NCBI GenBank assembly: GCA_963813715.1 | Contig: CAWFAK010000005.1 | Location: forward strand, 1,312,001-1,376,000 | DNA: 64,000 nucleotides | From: an uncultured Planctomycetaceae bacterium | GTDB taxonomy: Bacteria > Planctomycetota > Planctomycetia > Planctomycetales > Planctomycetaceae | Direction of reading: 5' to 3' | Shown: piece by piece, positions 43,957-54,765 of the stretch | Numbering within the stretch: position 1 is the stretch's first letter | How the letters are laid out: the number at the start of each line of letters is the position of its first letter | Program-made: the position numbers and the translations under genes | The notes under the pieces: model-generated | Told to the model about the DNA's origin: nothing | Database searches by the model: none | Seen by the model: the letters and a program-made list of their open reading frames with translations, nothing else

Positions 43957-44488
43957 ATGCTCTTGCCGTCGATCACGAAAACGACTATCAAGCCCCCCTC
44001 TCATTTCCCTCCGAATTCCCAATCGACAATTCCAAATCCTGAACCGCTCGGTTTTCCACTCGATCGGCGGGGCCGTGCCCTGCTGAGCGTGCTAAGCCTG
44101 GGGTTGATTGCGGGCTTTTGCCTGGCCGCAACGCTCCAGCCGGATCCGCGCGGTTATGGAACCCACCGACAACTGGGCCTCCCTCCGTGCACCGTTCGCC
44201 TTCTCTTCGGCATCCCCTGTCCGAGTTGCGGCATGACGACGAGCTTCGCCTCTCTCATGCGAGGCCAACTCGATCAGTCGTTCCGCGCCAATCCGGCCGG
44301 ACTGCTGTTGGGACTGGCCTGCGCCGCACTCGATCCCCTGGTGCTGGTTGAGCGTGTTTTACGCCCGTTTGTGCTGGATTCAACGACCGGTTCCCGCCGC
44401 CGTCTGGCTCCTGGGCAGCATCTCGGCCGTCGCCCTCATCCAATGGTTGGTCCGCGTTTTCTTCCTGTCTTCCGCCGGGACGATCTAA
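43957..44488 (+). CDS. DUF2752 membrane protein (frameshift near 44331)
   Basis: GTHRQLGLPPC...GIPCPSCGMTTS..ANP.G. The TM C-terminus continues in the shifted frame to TAA 44488. Start uncertain. Confidence 0.8.
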
Positions 44489-44680
44489 AGTCCTGCACGG
44501 TCCTCTCTCGCTTGCACATCCTTCCTTCCCCAATCCCGATCGAACTTCATTACTCCTTCCTGTCCCTCGCCTGATTCCAGTCGATCCATCCTGTAGCGTC
44601 TACGGCTCCCGATTCGGGTTGCGGCCGAACTGCCGCAGCGCCGGGCTGTCGGGCGCCGCAATTTGAAAAGCGACGACACA

Positions 44681-45427
44681 ATGGCTGCATACCTACCGAA
44701 CATGCGGTCTCCGCGAAGTGCAACGCGGCTTTTTGACGCCTTGCCGTTCTTCGCAAGTTTCCGCCCCTCGCGAGGCTGGAGGCTCTGGCCCTGGCTCGTC
44801 GTGTTCTTCGTCTGCCTGCCGGGCTGCTCGCTCTTCGTGATGGGCGGAAAAATGCTGCTTGGCGATATGAAGCAGTCCAGCCAATTCCACCAGGCAACTC
44901 ATTTCGATCTGGCAAAGTCCGACGCCAAGGTGCTCGTCCTTTGTTCGGCCAGCGAAACGATTCATGCCGAATATGCGGCCGTCGAGTTCGACGTCCTGGA
45001 GGGTTTGATTCACCGTTTGAAGTCTCACGGCATCAAGAAGATCGTCAGTCCAAATGCAGTCGCCGGCTGGATCGACGAGCACGGCGGCCGCTTCGACGAT
45101 CTGCAGCCCATCGCCGACAAGTTCAAAGCGGAGTACGTGCTCTTCATCGACCTCTCGAAGTTCACCGTGCTGGAGGACAACAGCCCCAACCTGCTCCGCG
45201 GGCAGGCCGAGGGACGCGTGCACGCCTACAAGAATGACGGCACCGGCTCGGAGAAGCGGCTGATCGAGGTCATGGGCTCCGATTTCAACGCCAAGTACCC
45301 CGAAGGAAATCCGATTTCGGTCGACAAGAAGTCGGCGAAGAACTTCCAGCAGGAATTCGTCGACCGCGTGGCAATGCAGCTCTCGCTGATCTTTTACGAC
45401 CATCCGCGGTCCGAGGAGATGCCGTGA
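44681..45427 (+). CDS. Putative lipoprotein
   Basis: Lipobox LPGC; resembles the downstream gene. Confidence 0.75.
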   Translation: MAAYLPNMRSPRSATRLFDALPFFASFRPSRGWRLWPWLVVFFVCLPGCSLFVMGGKMLLGDMKQSSQFHQATHFDLAKSDAKVLVLCSASETIHAEYAAVEFDVLEGLIHRLKSHGIKKIVSPNAVAGWIDEHGGRFDDLQPIADKFKAEYVLFIDLSKFTVLEDNSPNLLRGQAEGRVHAYKNDGTGSEKRLIEVMGSDFNAKYPEGNPISVDKKSAKNFQQEFVDRVAMQLSLIFYDHPRSEEMP

Positions 45428-46185
45428 TCTCGACTCCCAGCCACTCTGATCGGCGAACCGTCACGCCCACCGCACCAGAAAGTCTTCTCATGTCGGCACA
45501 AACGACGAGCGACCGTTCCCCAAGTCTGTCGTCTCGCATTCGCGTGGGCCTGCTGGCGATCGGCCTGCTGTCGATTCTGGGATCCGGCTGCAACTACTTC
45601 ATCCTGGCCGGTTACCTCTTGGGCGGACCGCCGTCGATCGAGCCCGACTATGACAAGATGACCAAGAAGTCGCTCCGCGACAAAGACATCAAGGTGGCGG
45701 TCATCTGCTTCGCGCCGGATGAAGTGCGGCTCAATTTCATCGACGTCGACAAGGACATTGCCAAGTACGTCGCCCACCGCCTCAAGGAACACCACATCGC
45801 CACGATTAATCCCGACCGCGTGCAGGAATGGCTCGACAAGCACGAGGATTGGGACAAACCGGAGGAGATCGGCGAGGCGTCGAAGGCTACGCACGTCATC
45901 CTGGTCGACGTCCACAAATACAACCTCTTCGAAGAGAACAGCCACGAGCTCTATAAGGGCCGCTCGGAAGTTCTGATCAGCGTCTACGAGATGCAGAAGG
46001 ATGGCACGACCGAGAAGGTCTACACCAAGGAAATCACCTGCTCGTATCCGCTCGAAACGGCGCGCGAAACCTCGGACATCAGCTACGATCGCTTCCGCCG
46101 CGAGTACCTAGGCCGACTGAGCGAAGAAATCGGCCGGCTGTTCTACGAACACTTCAACGGGGACGATATTGGCGACGTGATCTAG
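45424..46185 (+). CDS. Putative lipoprotein, apparent paralogue of the upstream gene
   Basis: GSGC lipobox-like; shares the pattern V..W.D.H / ENS..L..G..E / YP / F..E...R....I...FY. Alternative ATG at 45490. Confidence 0.75.
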   Translation: MISTPSHSDRRTVTPTAPESLLMSAQTTSDRSPSLSSRIRVGLLAIGLLSILGSGCNYFILAGYLLGGPPSIEPDYDKMTKKSLRDKDIKVAVICFAPDEVRLNFIDVDKDIAKYVAHRLKEHHIATINPDRVQEWLDKHEDWDKPEEIGEASKATHVILVDVHKYNLFEENSHELYKGRSEVLISVYEMQKDGTTEKVYTKEITCSYPLETARETSDISYDRFRREYLGRLSEEIGRLFYEHFNGDDIGDVI

Positions 46186-46317
46186 CCAGTCGGCCCGTTG
46201 AACCGCTCCCGGGATTGAGGCGGTGCGCCAGAGAACTTAATTTAGGTCCAGGGGCCCCTTCGGCCGCTGATCCTACAATCTCTGCGACGTCGCTTTTGTC
46301 CGGGAGTTCGCTTCGAA

Positions 46318-48093
46318 ATGCAGGCTGCAGCAGAGCCGCAGGCCGTGCGCCCGGGGGCGAATGGCTCACCGGGGATCAGCCTCACGGTCGTGCTCTTGCT
46401 GTTTCTGGCCGCGGTCGCACTGGTCAATCCGTTTCGCGAAATGCCCTACGACGACGACTGGGCGTTTTCCGAAACCGTCAAGCACTTGCTCGACACGGGT
46501 CAGTATCGCCTCAACGCCTGGCTGGCTCCCAACATGCCGTTTCAGACGGTCTGGGGGGCCCTGTTTTGCCTGCCTGGGGGCTACTCGTTCAGTGCGCTGC
46601 GGGTCTCGACCCTGGTCCTGTTCGTGATCGGGCTCGTTGCGTTTCGCGCGTTAGCGCTCGAACACGACCTGAAACGCGGCACGGCGAACCTGCTGACGCT
46701 TTGCCTGGCGTCCTCGCCGTTGGTGTTCAAGCTGTCGCTCACGTACCTGTCGGACGTGCCATTTCTGGCGACGACCATCGTGGCCGTGCTCTTTTACACG
46801 AGGGCACTGCGTGGCGGGCGCTGGCTCGACTGGTTGGTAGCCGCGACCGCCGCCTCGGCAACGATTTTCATTCGACAGTTCGGGATGGCGATTCTCGGCG
46901 GCCTGGCCTTGGTCTGGCTCTGCGACCGACGGCGGTTCGCCCGGTTTAGCGAGTATTTCGTCGGCGCGCTCTTCCCCACAATGTCCACGCTCTGGCAGCT
47001 GCAACAGGGATGGAATCAGTCCAACTGGGCCCAGACCCTGCTGCTGCATCGGCAAAAGCGATTCTTCTGGGAAGGCGGCTTCCTCAAGGGCTTACCGTGG
47101 CGAATCCCCGTGCTGTTCGAATACATCGCCTGGTTCTTGCTACCCGTTGCGCTGGTTGCGGGACTGGCCGCCTGGCGGGCGTTGCGATCGAAGGAAGCCC
47201 GCATCGAGATTGAAGGTGAGTCCGCACCGAACGCAAGGGGCGGCCTCTCGCAAACGCGGGGCGCGCTCGCGGCCGATCTCGCTGGTTGGCTGCTTGTGAT
47301 TCTCGCGAGCGTCGCTTATGGCGTCTGGATGTACGGCCTTCCCTGGTTGATGCCCTATCTCCCCTGGTTCTTCGAGATCATGAAGCTGCTCGGGCTTAAG
47401 GTCGAAATCCCTGCGACGGTGCTGACGATCATCGGCGGCGTACTCTTTGCGCACTTCTTCGCACGCCGGTACCTGTCGGCCGATCATCGTCCGCGGCTTG
47501 AGCAAGGTCTGCTCGACGCAGTGTCCTTGGTGTCACTGCTGATGGCGCTGGTGTTCTTTGTCTTTGGGGACAAGGACGCGCTGATCTTCCTGCCGCTCGG
47601 AGCGATCGCGGTCGCCCGACAAACCGAAGACCTGTTTGTGAAACATCGCCGATCGGTGTTAACCGCCTGCGTGTTGCTGCTGGTGGGAAGTGCCGTCTGG
47701 ACGCGCGAGGATCTGTGCCGCAATCAGGCCGTCTGGACTTTGGCCTCGCGGCTGCACGCTGGCGGTGTCCCCAGCGAAGACATCTTCGCGGGCTGGGAAT
47801 GGTACGGCTATCACCACTTCGATGACTACACGCGAGTCATGCCGCCCGCGGAGACGACGGAGTTCTCCGACTTCTTCGGGCGCTGGATGGATCTCCAGCG
47901 GGCGAAAGCCGAATACCTGATCGTGCACGCCCCCGAGCCGCCCCCTGGCGAGCACTACGACGTCGTCGACCAGTTTCGATATTTCAGCGTGTTCAGCCGA
48001 GGCATGGAAACATTTTACGCTGTCAAACGTCCGCTGCCGCCCGCGCAAATGCGGCGGCCACCCCTGGGTGCCGGAAGGCTGGGCGCTCCCTGA
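46318..48093 (+). CDS. GT-C fold (family 39/ArnT-like) polytopic glycosyltransferase
   Basis: PYDDDWAF acidic loop after TM1, LSDVPF, IRQ, many TM helices. Confidence 0.8.
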   Translation: MQAAAEPQAVRPGANGSPGISLTVVLLLFLAAVALVNPFREMPYDDDWAFSETVKHLLDTGQYRLNAWLAPNMPFQTVWGALFCLPGGYSFSALRVSTLVLFVIGLVAFRALALEHDLKRGTANLLTLCLASSPLVFKLSLTYLSDVPFLATTIVAVLFYTRALRGGRWLDWLVAATAASATIFIRQFGMAILGGLALVWLCDRRRFARFSEYFVGALFPTMSTLWQLQQGWNQSNWAQTLLLHRQKRFFWEGGFLKGLPWRIPVLFEYIAWFLLPVALVAGLAAWRALRSKEARIEIEGESAPNARGGLSQTRGALAADLAGWLLVILASVAYGVWMYGLPWLMPYLPWFFEIMKLLGLKVEIPATVLTIIGGVLFAHFFARRYLSADHRPRLEQGLLDAVSLVSLLMALVFFVFGDKDALIFLPLGAIAVARQTEDLFVKHRRSVLTACVLLLVGSAVWTREDLCRNQAVWTLASRLHAGGVPSEDIFAGWEWYGYHHFDDYTRVMPPAETTEFSDFFGRWMDLQRAKAEYLIVHAPEPPPGEHYDVVDQFRYFSVFSRGMETFYAVKRPLPPAQMRRPPLGAGRLGAP

Positions 48094-48177
48094 CCAGCCG
48101 ATCGAATCACGCGGCGACGGCCGAGGTCGCGCAGACTGAGTCTGCGCCTGACTGAGTCCGCGCCGATTGGATCGAAC

Positions 48178-49315
48178 TCACAACAACTGTTGCACAAGCG
48201 CCACTAGTTCGGCCATTCGGCCGGCATAGGTGTGCTCGCGGAGAGTGCGGGCGTGGCCGGCTTGGGCGATCCGTGCGCGTTCGGGCTCGTGGCTCAACAA
48301 GTGGTCGATGGCTTTGACGCATTCGTCGGCCGTTCGATAGCCGACCACTTCCGCGCCCGGCTCGAACAACTCGTGCAGGTTTTGCTTCCAGTCGGTCAAC
48401 AAGAGCGCAGCCGACGCCCGTCGTTTCATACAGGCGCATGTTGTTGGCGTAGGATCCGGCCAGCTCGATGTGATAGTTGACTGAAATCCGGGAACGAGCC
48501 AACAGGCGATACATCTCGATGCCCCACGCGGGCCCTCGATAAACGCTGCGGATGGGCGAACCGGCAGACAGCGTGTCGATCCCCTGCCCCCAGACTTGAA
48601 TCGGCACTTCGCGGCACAGCCGCTCGAGCCACGCGTGGCGGCCCGGATGGTGAGGGGAAAGACTGCCGACAAACGACACGTCGATCGGAGGCTCGTCCGA
48701 GCGTCCGTCAGATTCCTCGAGCCGTATCAGCACCGACGGGTCAAACGCGAGCCGAAACGGCTCGGCTCGCAGTCCGGCCGACCGAAACCGCTCGACGAAA
48801 TTCGGCAACGACGAGAGCATGAGATCGAAGGGACTCAAGTCGATGTCGTCGGCCAAGGGAGAAGCGATCTGCCCGACTAGCAACCGAAAGTGGCTTCGCA
48901 TCGACGCCCAGAACGTCGTAGGTAGATCAGTCAGCGAATGCGTCAGCACCACGTCGGGTTGAAACTGCTCGATCTGCGCTCGCAGAACCTCAGACATCCA
49001 CGCGGAACGGTCACGCACGAGCCACGGAACGACGCCCCGCCGCAGCACGACACGCGAGGGGCCCGTGTCGGACACCTTCAGACCGTGCTCACGGGCCCAG
49101 GCCTCCTGCAGAAAACGATTGTTGAGGTAGACCTCCAGCGCCGGATGGCCGAGTTGGCCCAGGTTTCGCGGATAAAAATCGGCTACGCCAAACAGGCTGG
49201 CCGTACGCACCCGCATTTGCTCGTCGTACGCGGCCGTTTCGAGACCCGGATGCTGGGAATACAGAACGTCGAGAAATCCCGGATAGTCTGCGTTGACGAT
49301 CAGGAACCGGGTCAT
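48178..49315 (-). CDS. CgeB-like glycosyltransferase (frameshift near 48405)
   Basis: DVSFVGS, WG, SRISVN.H..ANNMRLYETTGVG / LLTD...LFEPG.EVV.Y...IA..G..RTLREHTY. Confidence 0.85.
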
Positions 49316-51219
49316 CGACGAGCACCGGCGGCGAGGCGTGCGTCTTCGTCGCAGCAGAGCACGGCCAAGCGAGCAACCATCGGCGAATAACGGCGAAATG
49401 TGCGTCCGCCGTGGTGGTAGACGACATGGTCGGAATCCAGTATGAGTTTTCGGCTCGCCGATCCGTTTTCCGCTAGATCGTCTGGGCCGCCGCTCGCGTC
49501 AGGCATTCCGCCAAGCACCAAGGGCGCGTCGCGCGGCGGATCTTCGCCCGTCATCAGGAAGTGGACCACGCGTCGAAGTTGCCGTGCGAGTTCGCTCGTT
49601 TCGCGCTCATTGCTCTGCGGAGTCTGGCTGGCCCGGAGCCGCTCGATATTCAGGTCGCAGACGTCCTGGGCTTGAATCAGGATCTGATCGAGCGCCGCGG
49701 CCTCGCGGGGTGTTTTGAATTTCGGCAGCCCCGCAAAGTTGCTGGCGGGGACGACGTCGGAAAAATCGAGCGTCGCGCCGAAGATGCTCAGCGCATACCA
49801 GCGGTAGGCCCGGGCAACCTGTGCGAAAATCACGGGACGCACCAAGAGCTCGCGCAGCTTCTCGAAGTAAGCCGGCGGCGTCGGGCCCCACTCCAGAAAG
49901 TCGTCCTGAGGGATGGCCGAGATGGCACCATTGAACGCGACGAGCACCGGCGCGCCGAGGCGGGCCATCTCGAGTCCGATCGTGCTCCAACTCGTCAGCA
50001 CGAGATCGGCGGCTTCGCCCAGATCGTAGCTGGAGACCGGATCCTGCGGCCACACAAACCGGCAGTTCGGGGAGGTCGCGGAAAACGCCCGTTTCAACTT
50101 CGCCAAATGTTGCGACACGACGGACTCGCGTTTGTTGGCCCCTTCTCGCGGATGCACGCGGACCACGAGCTGCAGGTCGTCGCTCTCGCCGACGTAGCGC
50201 ACGAGCTGAGTCAGCCAGTCGATTTGATCGCGAAACGGCTGCGGCCGATCGGGGATGGTCGTGTCGGTGGCGTTCATCACCATCTGCGACGCGAGCATTT
50301 CGTCGAGGCTGCTGGTGTACGCGACGATCAGTCGACGTTCGGTGGAAAGCCCCAATCGCGTGCGAACGTCGGCTTGCTCGAGCGTCTTGCCCGGCGAATA
50401 GATGAACGAGCCCGCGCCGCGCAGCCGCACCAACAGGTCATCGGCGACTTCTCGCACCACGGCCGGTTCGAGAGACAGATCGCGACACGCCGGCCAGTGG
50501 GACAGCAGCTGATAGGCAACCGGCTTGTAGACATTGGACAGCATCAGGTAGCGGCTCAGGTCGACGTTGCGATGACCGGGGAAAGCCAGGCAGTAGCAAG
50601 GCACGCCGTGCTTACGGGCCGCCGCCCTCGCCCCCATCAAGAGAGAGTAATCATTCACGTGGACGACGCGGGCGATGCCGAGCTCAGCACAACAGCGGTC
50701 GACGAGCATGTAGCTCAAGAGGCAGCTGCGTAAGTAATCGCGCCAGCCGTCGCGATCGCTGTTGGTCATTTCGGCGAAATCGGAGATCTTTCGCCCAAGC
50801 ACAACGTCCATCAAGCTCAGCTTGCCGAACGCGATCCCGTCGAATTCGAAGCTTCCCAAATCGGAGGGGGCCTGGGCGAGCGACTGCTCGATGCGTTGAC
50901 GCATGGACGGCGTCGCCAGCGACCGCAGATCGATGGTCGGAAGTCCGTACTCGCCCAGCATCGTGAGCGAGTTGTCGGCGCAGTGCAGGCAGCTCTCGAG
51001 CTTTTGTTCCGCCGTGGCTTCGTACGGGAGTTTGTGCATGTCCATGACTGGACAGCGTTCGAACAGCCGGTAGCAACGGGCAAAAACGACTCGGTGCCCA
51101 CGCTCGGCCAGCGTGCGGCCCACGACCGCCGCCTGCGCCAGCATGGGGGTCACGCCCGCGTAAGGGACGAAAAACAGCATCGCGCCGGCCAACTCGTCCT
51201 GCGTCGGCGGGGCCGGCAC
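49312..51219 (-). CDS. Capsule polysaccharide biosynthesis-type protein (KpsS/Capsule_synth-like)
   Basis: FRDQIDW, VVRVHPRE, SSYDL...STIGLE...G.PV; N-terminal Cys cluster (C..F..C...C..C). Confidence 0.65.
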   Translation of the reverse strand: MPAPPTQDELAGAMLFFVPYAGVTPMLAQAAVVGRTLAERGHRVVFARCYRLFERCPVMDMHKLPYEATAEQKLESCLHCADNSLTMLGEYGLPTIDLRSLATPSMRQRIEQSLAQAPSDLGSFEFDGIAFGKLSLMDVVLGRKISDFAEMTNSDRDGWRDYLRSCLLSYMLVDRCCAELGIARVVHVNDYSLLMGARAAARKHGVPCYCLAFPGHRNVDLSRYLMLSNVYKPVAYQLLSHWPACRDLSLEPAVVREVADDLLVRLRGAGSFIYSPGKTLEQADVRTRLGLSTERRLIVAYTSSLDEMLASQMVMNATDTTIPDRPQPFRDQIDWLTQLVRYVGESDDLQLVVRVHPREGANKRESVVSQHLAKLKRAFSATSPNCRFVWPQDPVSSYDLGEAADLVLTSWSTIGLEMARLGAPVLVAFNGAISAIPQDDFLEWGPTPPAYFEKLRELLVRPVIFAQVARAYRWYALSIFGATLDFSDVVPASNFAGLPKFKTPREAAALDQILIQAQDVCDLNIERLRASQTPQSNERETSELARQLRRVVHFLMTGEDPPRDAPLVLGGMPDASGGPDDLAENGSASRKLILDSDHVVYHHGGRTFRRYSPMVARLAVLCCDEDARLAAGARR

Positions 51220-51451
51220 GCCCTCAATTTCGCGGGCAACGGTACGGCGGCGCAGCGCCAGCCGACATCCTGCCTGGCTCGGCGTGCCTGGTCGCGAACG
51301 GCTCGCAAAAATCGTCGCATTGATGTTGGATGTGTCCCCAATCCCACAGCGGCGCAGTCTCTGCCCCTATCTTAGTGGCACCCGGGAACGCCGTCGAATT
51401 GCCGAGCGACCGCGCGGGGGAGACCGCGGCTTGCGGGCTAGTTCCCTGTCG

Positions 51452-52636
51452 TCACCGCTGCGCTTGATCGTTCGCCTCAAACCGGATCCACGAACACTGC
51501 GTGATCAACTGGTTGAGCGAAGCAAAGGAAATGTGGGCATTCGTCGCGTGGGCGGGCGTATCATTCGCTGGAAAGGTCGCCAGCGTGGCGTCGCCAACGA
51601 GGAAAACATTGAAGTCCTGAGACAGATTCTCGTAGCCGGCCGTCGTCTTGCAGAAACACATGTCGGTGGCATAGCCAGTCAGGATCACATGCCGCACGCC
51701 GTGCGCTTTGAGAAAGTCCCGCAGCGCCGGGTAGCCCTCTTCGTCGTAATAGACGATGTCGTTCGGAAAGACTTCGACGTCTTTGGTCACAGGGATCGGC
51801 AATTCCCAGAAGCCGGCGTTGTTGTAGCGGGCTCCCGCGTCGAGGCCGGGGAACTGGCGAAAGTAATCGCGTACGGGATGTTCGTCGGAAAGTGCGATTT
51901 CTCCGGGCAGCGGCTCGCCGTGATAACGGAAGCGATTGAGAATCTCGGAGAGTTCGCGACGTCCTTCGGCCCGTTCGGAGGCAGTCGGACTGTGCCGGAT
52001 GCTCCGATAGAGCTTGGCTTGGACCGGATACTGGTGGCCGCGAAGACTAAACAGCACCTGAGCGACACGCGGTCGCAGACGTTTCAGCAACGGATCGATC
52101 ACCGTCTGCGTGTGCCGTCCGGCCAAATGATTTTTGTCGGGAGTGCAGAAGTCGCAGACGCCGGCCGGCTCCGGACTGCGCCAACCTTGTCCGTCATCGA
52201 TGCCCCAGGGATGCACCATGATGACCGCGGCATGATCGGCTCGAATCCGGTTCGGCATCTCGATGATGCCGCGAGCGTTGTAACTGAACCTCCACGCCCG
52301 CACCGAAAGATCGGCACCCCGTTCGTCGACGAGTCGGGCGCCTCGAAGCGGGTCTTTTCGACAACCGGCTGTACGAATTCGGGGTAATCGGCCAAGAGTG
52401 GCTGCGGGTTCTCGATCACCGCCAGCCGATTGCGATAGAGCCGCTTGGCGACCGACCCGGCGGCATCCGCCGGCCCGGCTGCGGCAGGGTTTTGCCCTCT
52501 GATCCGCCGGAGCTCCGGGGAATCCGGCCGCCGCAAGTCCCAACCCAAATCGCATCGCAGCCGCAACGAGAGCCACCGCCAAGCCGATCTCAATCGCGGA
52601 AGTCAAAAGCGCCATGTGCCGACGTAACGAGTGCAT
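51452..52636 (-). CDS. Isochorismatase-family cysteine hydrolase (two compensating frameshifts, about 52340-52500)
   Basis: LTGYATDMC, LVGDAT. The segment YRNRLAVIENPQPLLADYPEFVQPV..RFEAP lies in another frame. Confidence 0.75.
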   Translation of the reverse strand: MHSLRRHMALLTSAIEIGLAVALVAAAMRFGLGLAAAGFPGAPADQRAKPCRSRAGGCRRVGRQAALSQSAGGDREPAATLGRLPRIRTAGCRKDPLRGARLVDERGADLSVRAWRFSYNARGIIEMPNRIRADHAAVIMVHPWGIDDGQGWRSPEPAGVCDFCTPDKNHLAGRHTQTVIDPLLKRLRPRVAQVLFSLRGHQYPVQAKLYRSIRHSPTASERAEGRRELSEILNRFRYHGEPLPGEIALSDEHPVRDYFRQFPGLDAGARYNNAGFWELPIPVTKDVEVFPNDIVYYDEEGYPALRDFLKAHGVRHVILTGYATDMCFCKTTAGYENLSQDFNVFLVGDATLATFPANDTPAHATNAHISFASLNQLITQCSWIRFEANDQAQR

Positions 52637-52925
52637 GCCCTCGGCTCCCGACAAGCTGCGTGTTTCAGCGGTGCCGGCAATCCAACTTCCCGCCGCCGGC
52701 CGTCGATCTCGCGGGTCTTGAGAATAAAGAAACTTCTTCGGATTTGGCGAGGTCCAGCTCGTCATCGGCTAAGCCCACCTCCTCCGGGAATCGGGTGACT
52801 TCGACCCACCCCACCGATATATTGAACTGTCTAGCCCGTGCACAATCGGGATTCTGAGTCGGCCGAAGAGAGGGCGCCGCCGCTGCCGAGAACCGTGGCG
52901 AGCCAGCGCGCCCAGGTACGGAACG

Positions 52926-53849
52926 ATGGCGAAAATCGAAGCGGGGAAGACTCGACTGGGGTGGATCGGCACGGGCGTCATGGGCTCGTCCATGGCCGGC
53001 CATTTGCTGAAGGCTGGCTTTGCCCTCACCGTCTTCAACCGCACGAAATCGAAGGCCGACCCTCTGGTGGGTCAAGGCGCGAAATGGGCCGACACGCCCA
53101 AAGCCGTTGCCGCCGCCTCCGACGTCGTCTTCGCGATCGTCGGCTTCCCCATTGACGTGCGTGAGGTGATGCTCGGCGCGGACGGGGCGCTGGCCGGGTC
53201 CAAAAGCGGCAACGTCTTGGTCGACATGACCACGAGCGAGCCGTCGCTGGCCGTCGAAATCGCCGAGGCAGCGAAGCGGAAAACGGTTTCCAGCGTCGAC
53301 GCTCCGGTGTCAGGAGGCGATGTCGGCGCGAAGAATGCCACGCTGTCGATCATGGTGGGTGGGGATAAAGACGTCGTGGAGAGTCTGGCCCCCTGTTTTC
53401 AGGCGATGGGCAAAACAATCGTCTACCAGGGGGGGCCGGGGGCAGGCCAGCACACCAAAGTGGTCAACCAGGTGCTGATCGCCACGAACATGATCGGCGT
53501 CTGCGAGGCCCTGCTGTACGGCTACAAGGCCGGGTTGGACCTCCCCACGGTCCTGCAGTCGGTGGGCAGCGGAGCGGCCGGAAGCTGGTCGCTCAATAAT
53601 CTGGGCCCGCGGATCATGAGCAACAACTTCGATCCGGGCTTCTTCGTCGAGCACTTCATCAAAGATATGGGGATCGCCCTGGCCGAGTCCCGCCGCATGG
53701 GGCTGGCCTTGCCCGGTCTCGCCTTGGCTCACCAGCTTTACGTGGCGGTGAAAGCCCAAGGGTACGGACGCCTGGGAACTCACGCGCTGGAGCTCGCGCT
53801 AGCGAAGCTCTCCGGAGTCAATTGGAAAGAGCGCGATCATGGGAAGTAG
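52926..53849 (+). CDS. 3-hydroxyisobutyrate dehydrogenase / tartronate semialdehyde reductase family oxidoreductase
   Basis: [45 protein letters not shown]. Confidence 0.93.
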   Translation: MAKIEAGKTRLGWIGTGVMGSSMAGHLLKAGFALTVFNRTKSKADPLVGQGAKWADTPKAVAAASDVVFAIVGFPIDVREVMLGADGALAGSKSGNVLVDMTTSEPSLAVEIAEAAKRKTVSSVDAPVSGGDVGAKNATLSIMVGGDKDVVESLAPCFQAMGKTIVYQGGPGAGQHTKVVNQVLIATNMIGVCEALLYGYKAGLDLPTVLQSVGSGAAGSWSLNNLGPRIMSNNFDPGFFVEHFIKDMGIALAESRRMGLALPGLALAHQLYVAVKAQGYGRLGTHALELALAKLSGVNWKERDHGK

Positions 53850-54726
53850 AGGAGAACGCTTCGCTGGACTGACAGTGGCCCTGGTGACGCCGTTCAAGAA
53901 TGGCGCTGTGGACGAGGCGGCCCTGCGCAAGCTAGTCGATTTTCACGTCGAAAGCGGGACCGACTGCGTCAGTCCCGTCGGCACCACGGGAGAGAGCCCG
54001 ACGCTCACCCACGACGAGCACGAACGGGTGATCGCCGTTGTCTGCGAGCAGGCTGCCGGTCGCATCAAGGTGATGGCCGGCACCGGCTCCAACAGCACGA
54101 CCGAGGCGATCCGCCTCACGAAATTCGCCAAAAAATCGGGCGCGGACGCCGCGTTGATGGTCGCGCCCTACTACAACAAGCCCACGCAGGAAGGCTTTTT
54201 CCGCCATTTTCAGGCAGTCGCGCAAGCGGTCGACCTGCCCATCGTGCTTTACAACATTCCGGGGCGAACCGCCAAGAACATCGAGCCGGAAACGATCGCC
54301 CGCATCGCCGAGATTCCGACGATCGTCGCCATCAAAGAATCGACCGGCTCGATGGACCAGGCCTCGCAGATCCTGGCCCTGACCGAACTGACGGTACTTT
54401 CAGGCGATGACAGCCTCACGCTACCACTGATGGCCATCGGCGGCCGCGGCGTCGTCTCCGTCGTCGGCAACATCATTCCGCGCAACGTGAAGAGCCTGAT
54501 CACAGCGTTTCGCTCCGGCGACTTGGACGCCGCGCAGCAGTGGCACCGCAAGCTCTTCCCGCTGTGCCGGGATATGTTGGGACTGGCGACCAACCCGATT
54601 CCGCTCAAGGCCGCCATGCAGATGTTGGGGCGAGACACGGGTGAACTGCGTCTCCCCATGACGGCCCTCGACTCGGCGCAGATGGCCGCCCTGAAGAAGA
54701 CTCTCGGTCAATATGGACTACTCTGA
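53839..54726 (+). CDS. dapA: 4-hydroxy-tetrahydrodipicolinate synthase
   Basis: [34 protein letters not shown]. Confidence 0.96.
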   Translation: MGSRGERFAGLTVALVTPFKNGAVDEAALRKLVDFHVESGTDCVSPVGTTGESPTLTHDEHERVIAVVCEQAAGRIKVMAGTGSNSTTEAIRLTKFAKKSGADAALMVAPYYNKPTQEGFFRHFQAVAQAVDLPIVLYNIPGRTAKNIEPETIARIAEIPTIVAIKESTGSMDQASQILALTELTVLSGDDSLTLPLMAIGGRGVVSVVGNIIPRNVKSLITAFRSGDLDAAQQWHRKLFPLCRDMLGLATNPIPLKAAMQMLGRDTGELRLPMTALDSAQMAALKKTLGQYGLL

Positions 54727-54765
54727 ACGACTTCGACGATTTCGATCCTTCGATAAGGTGGTTGC

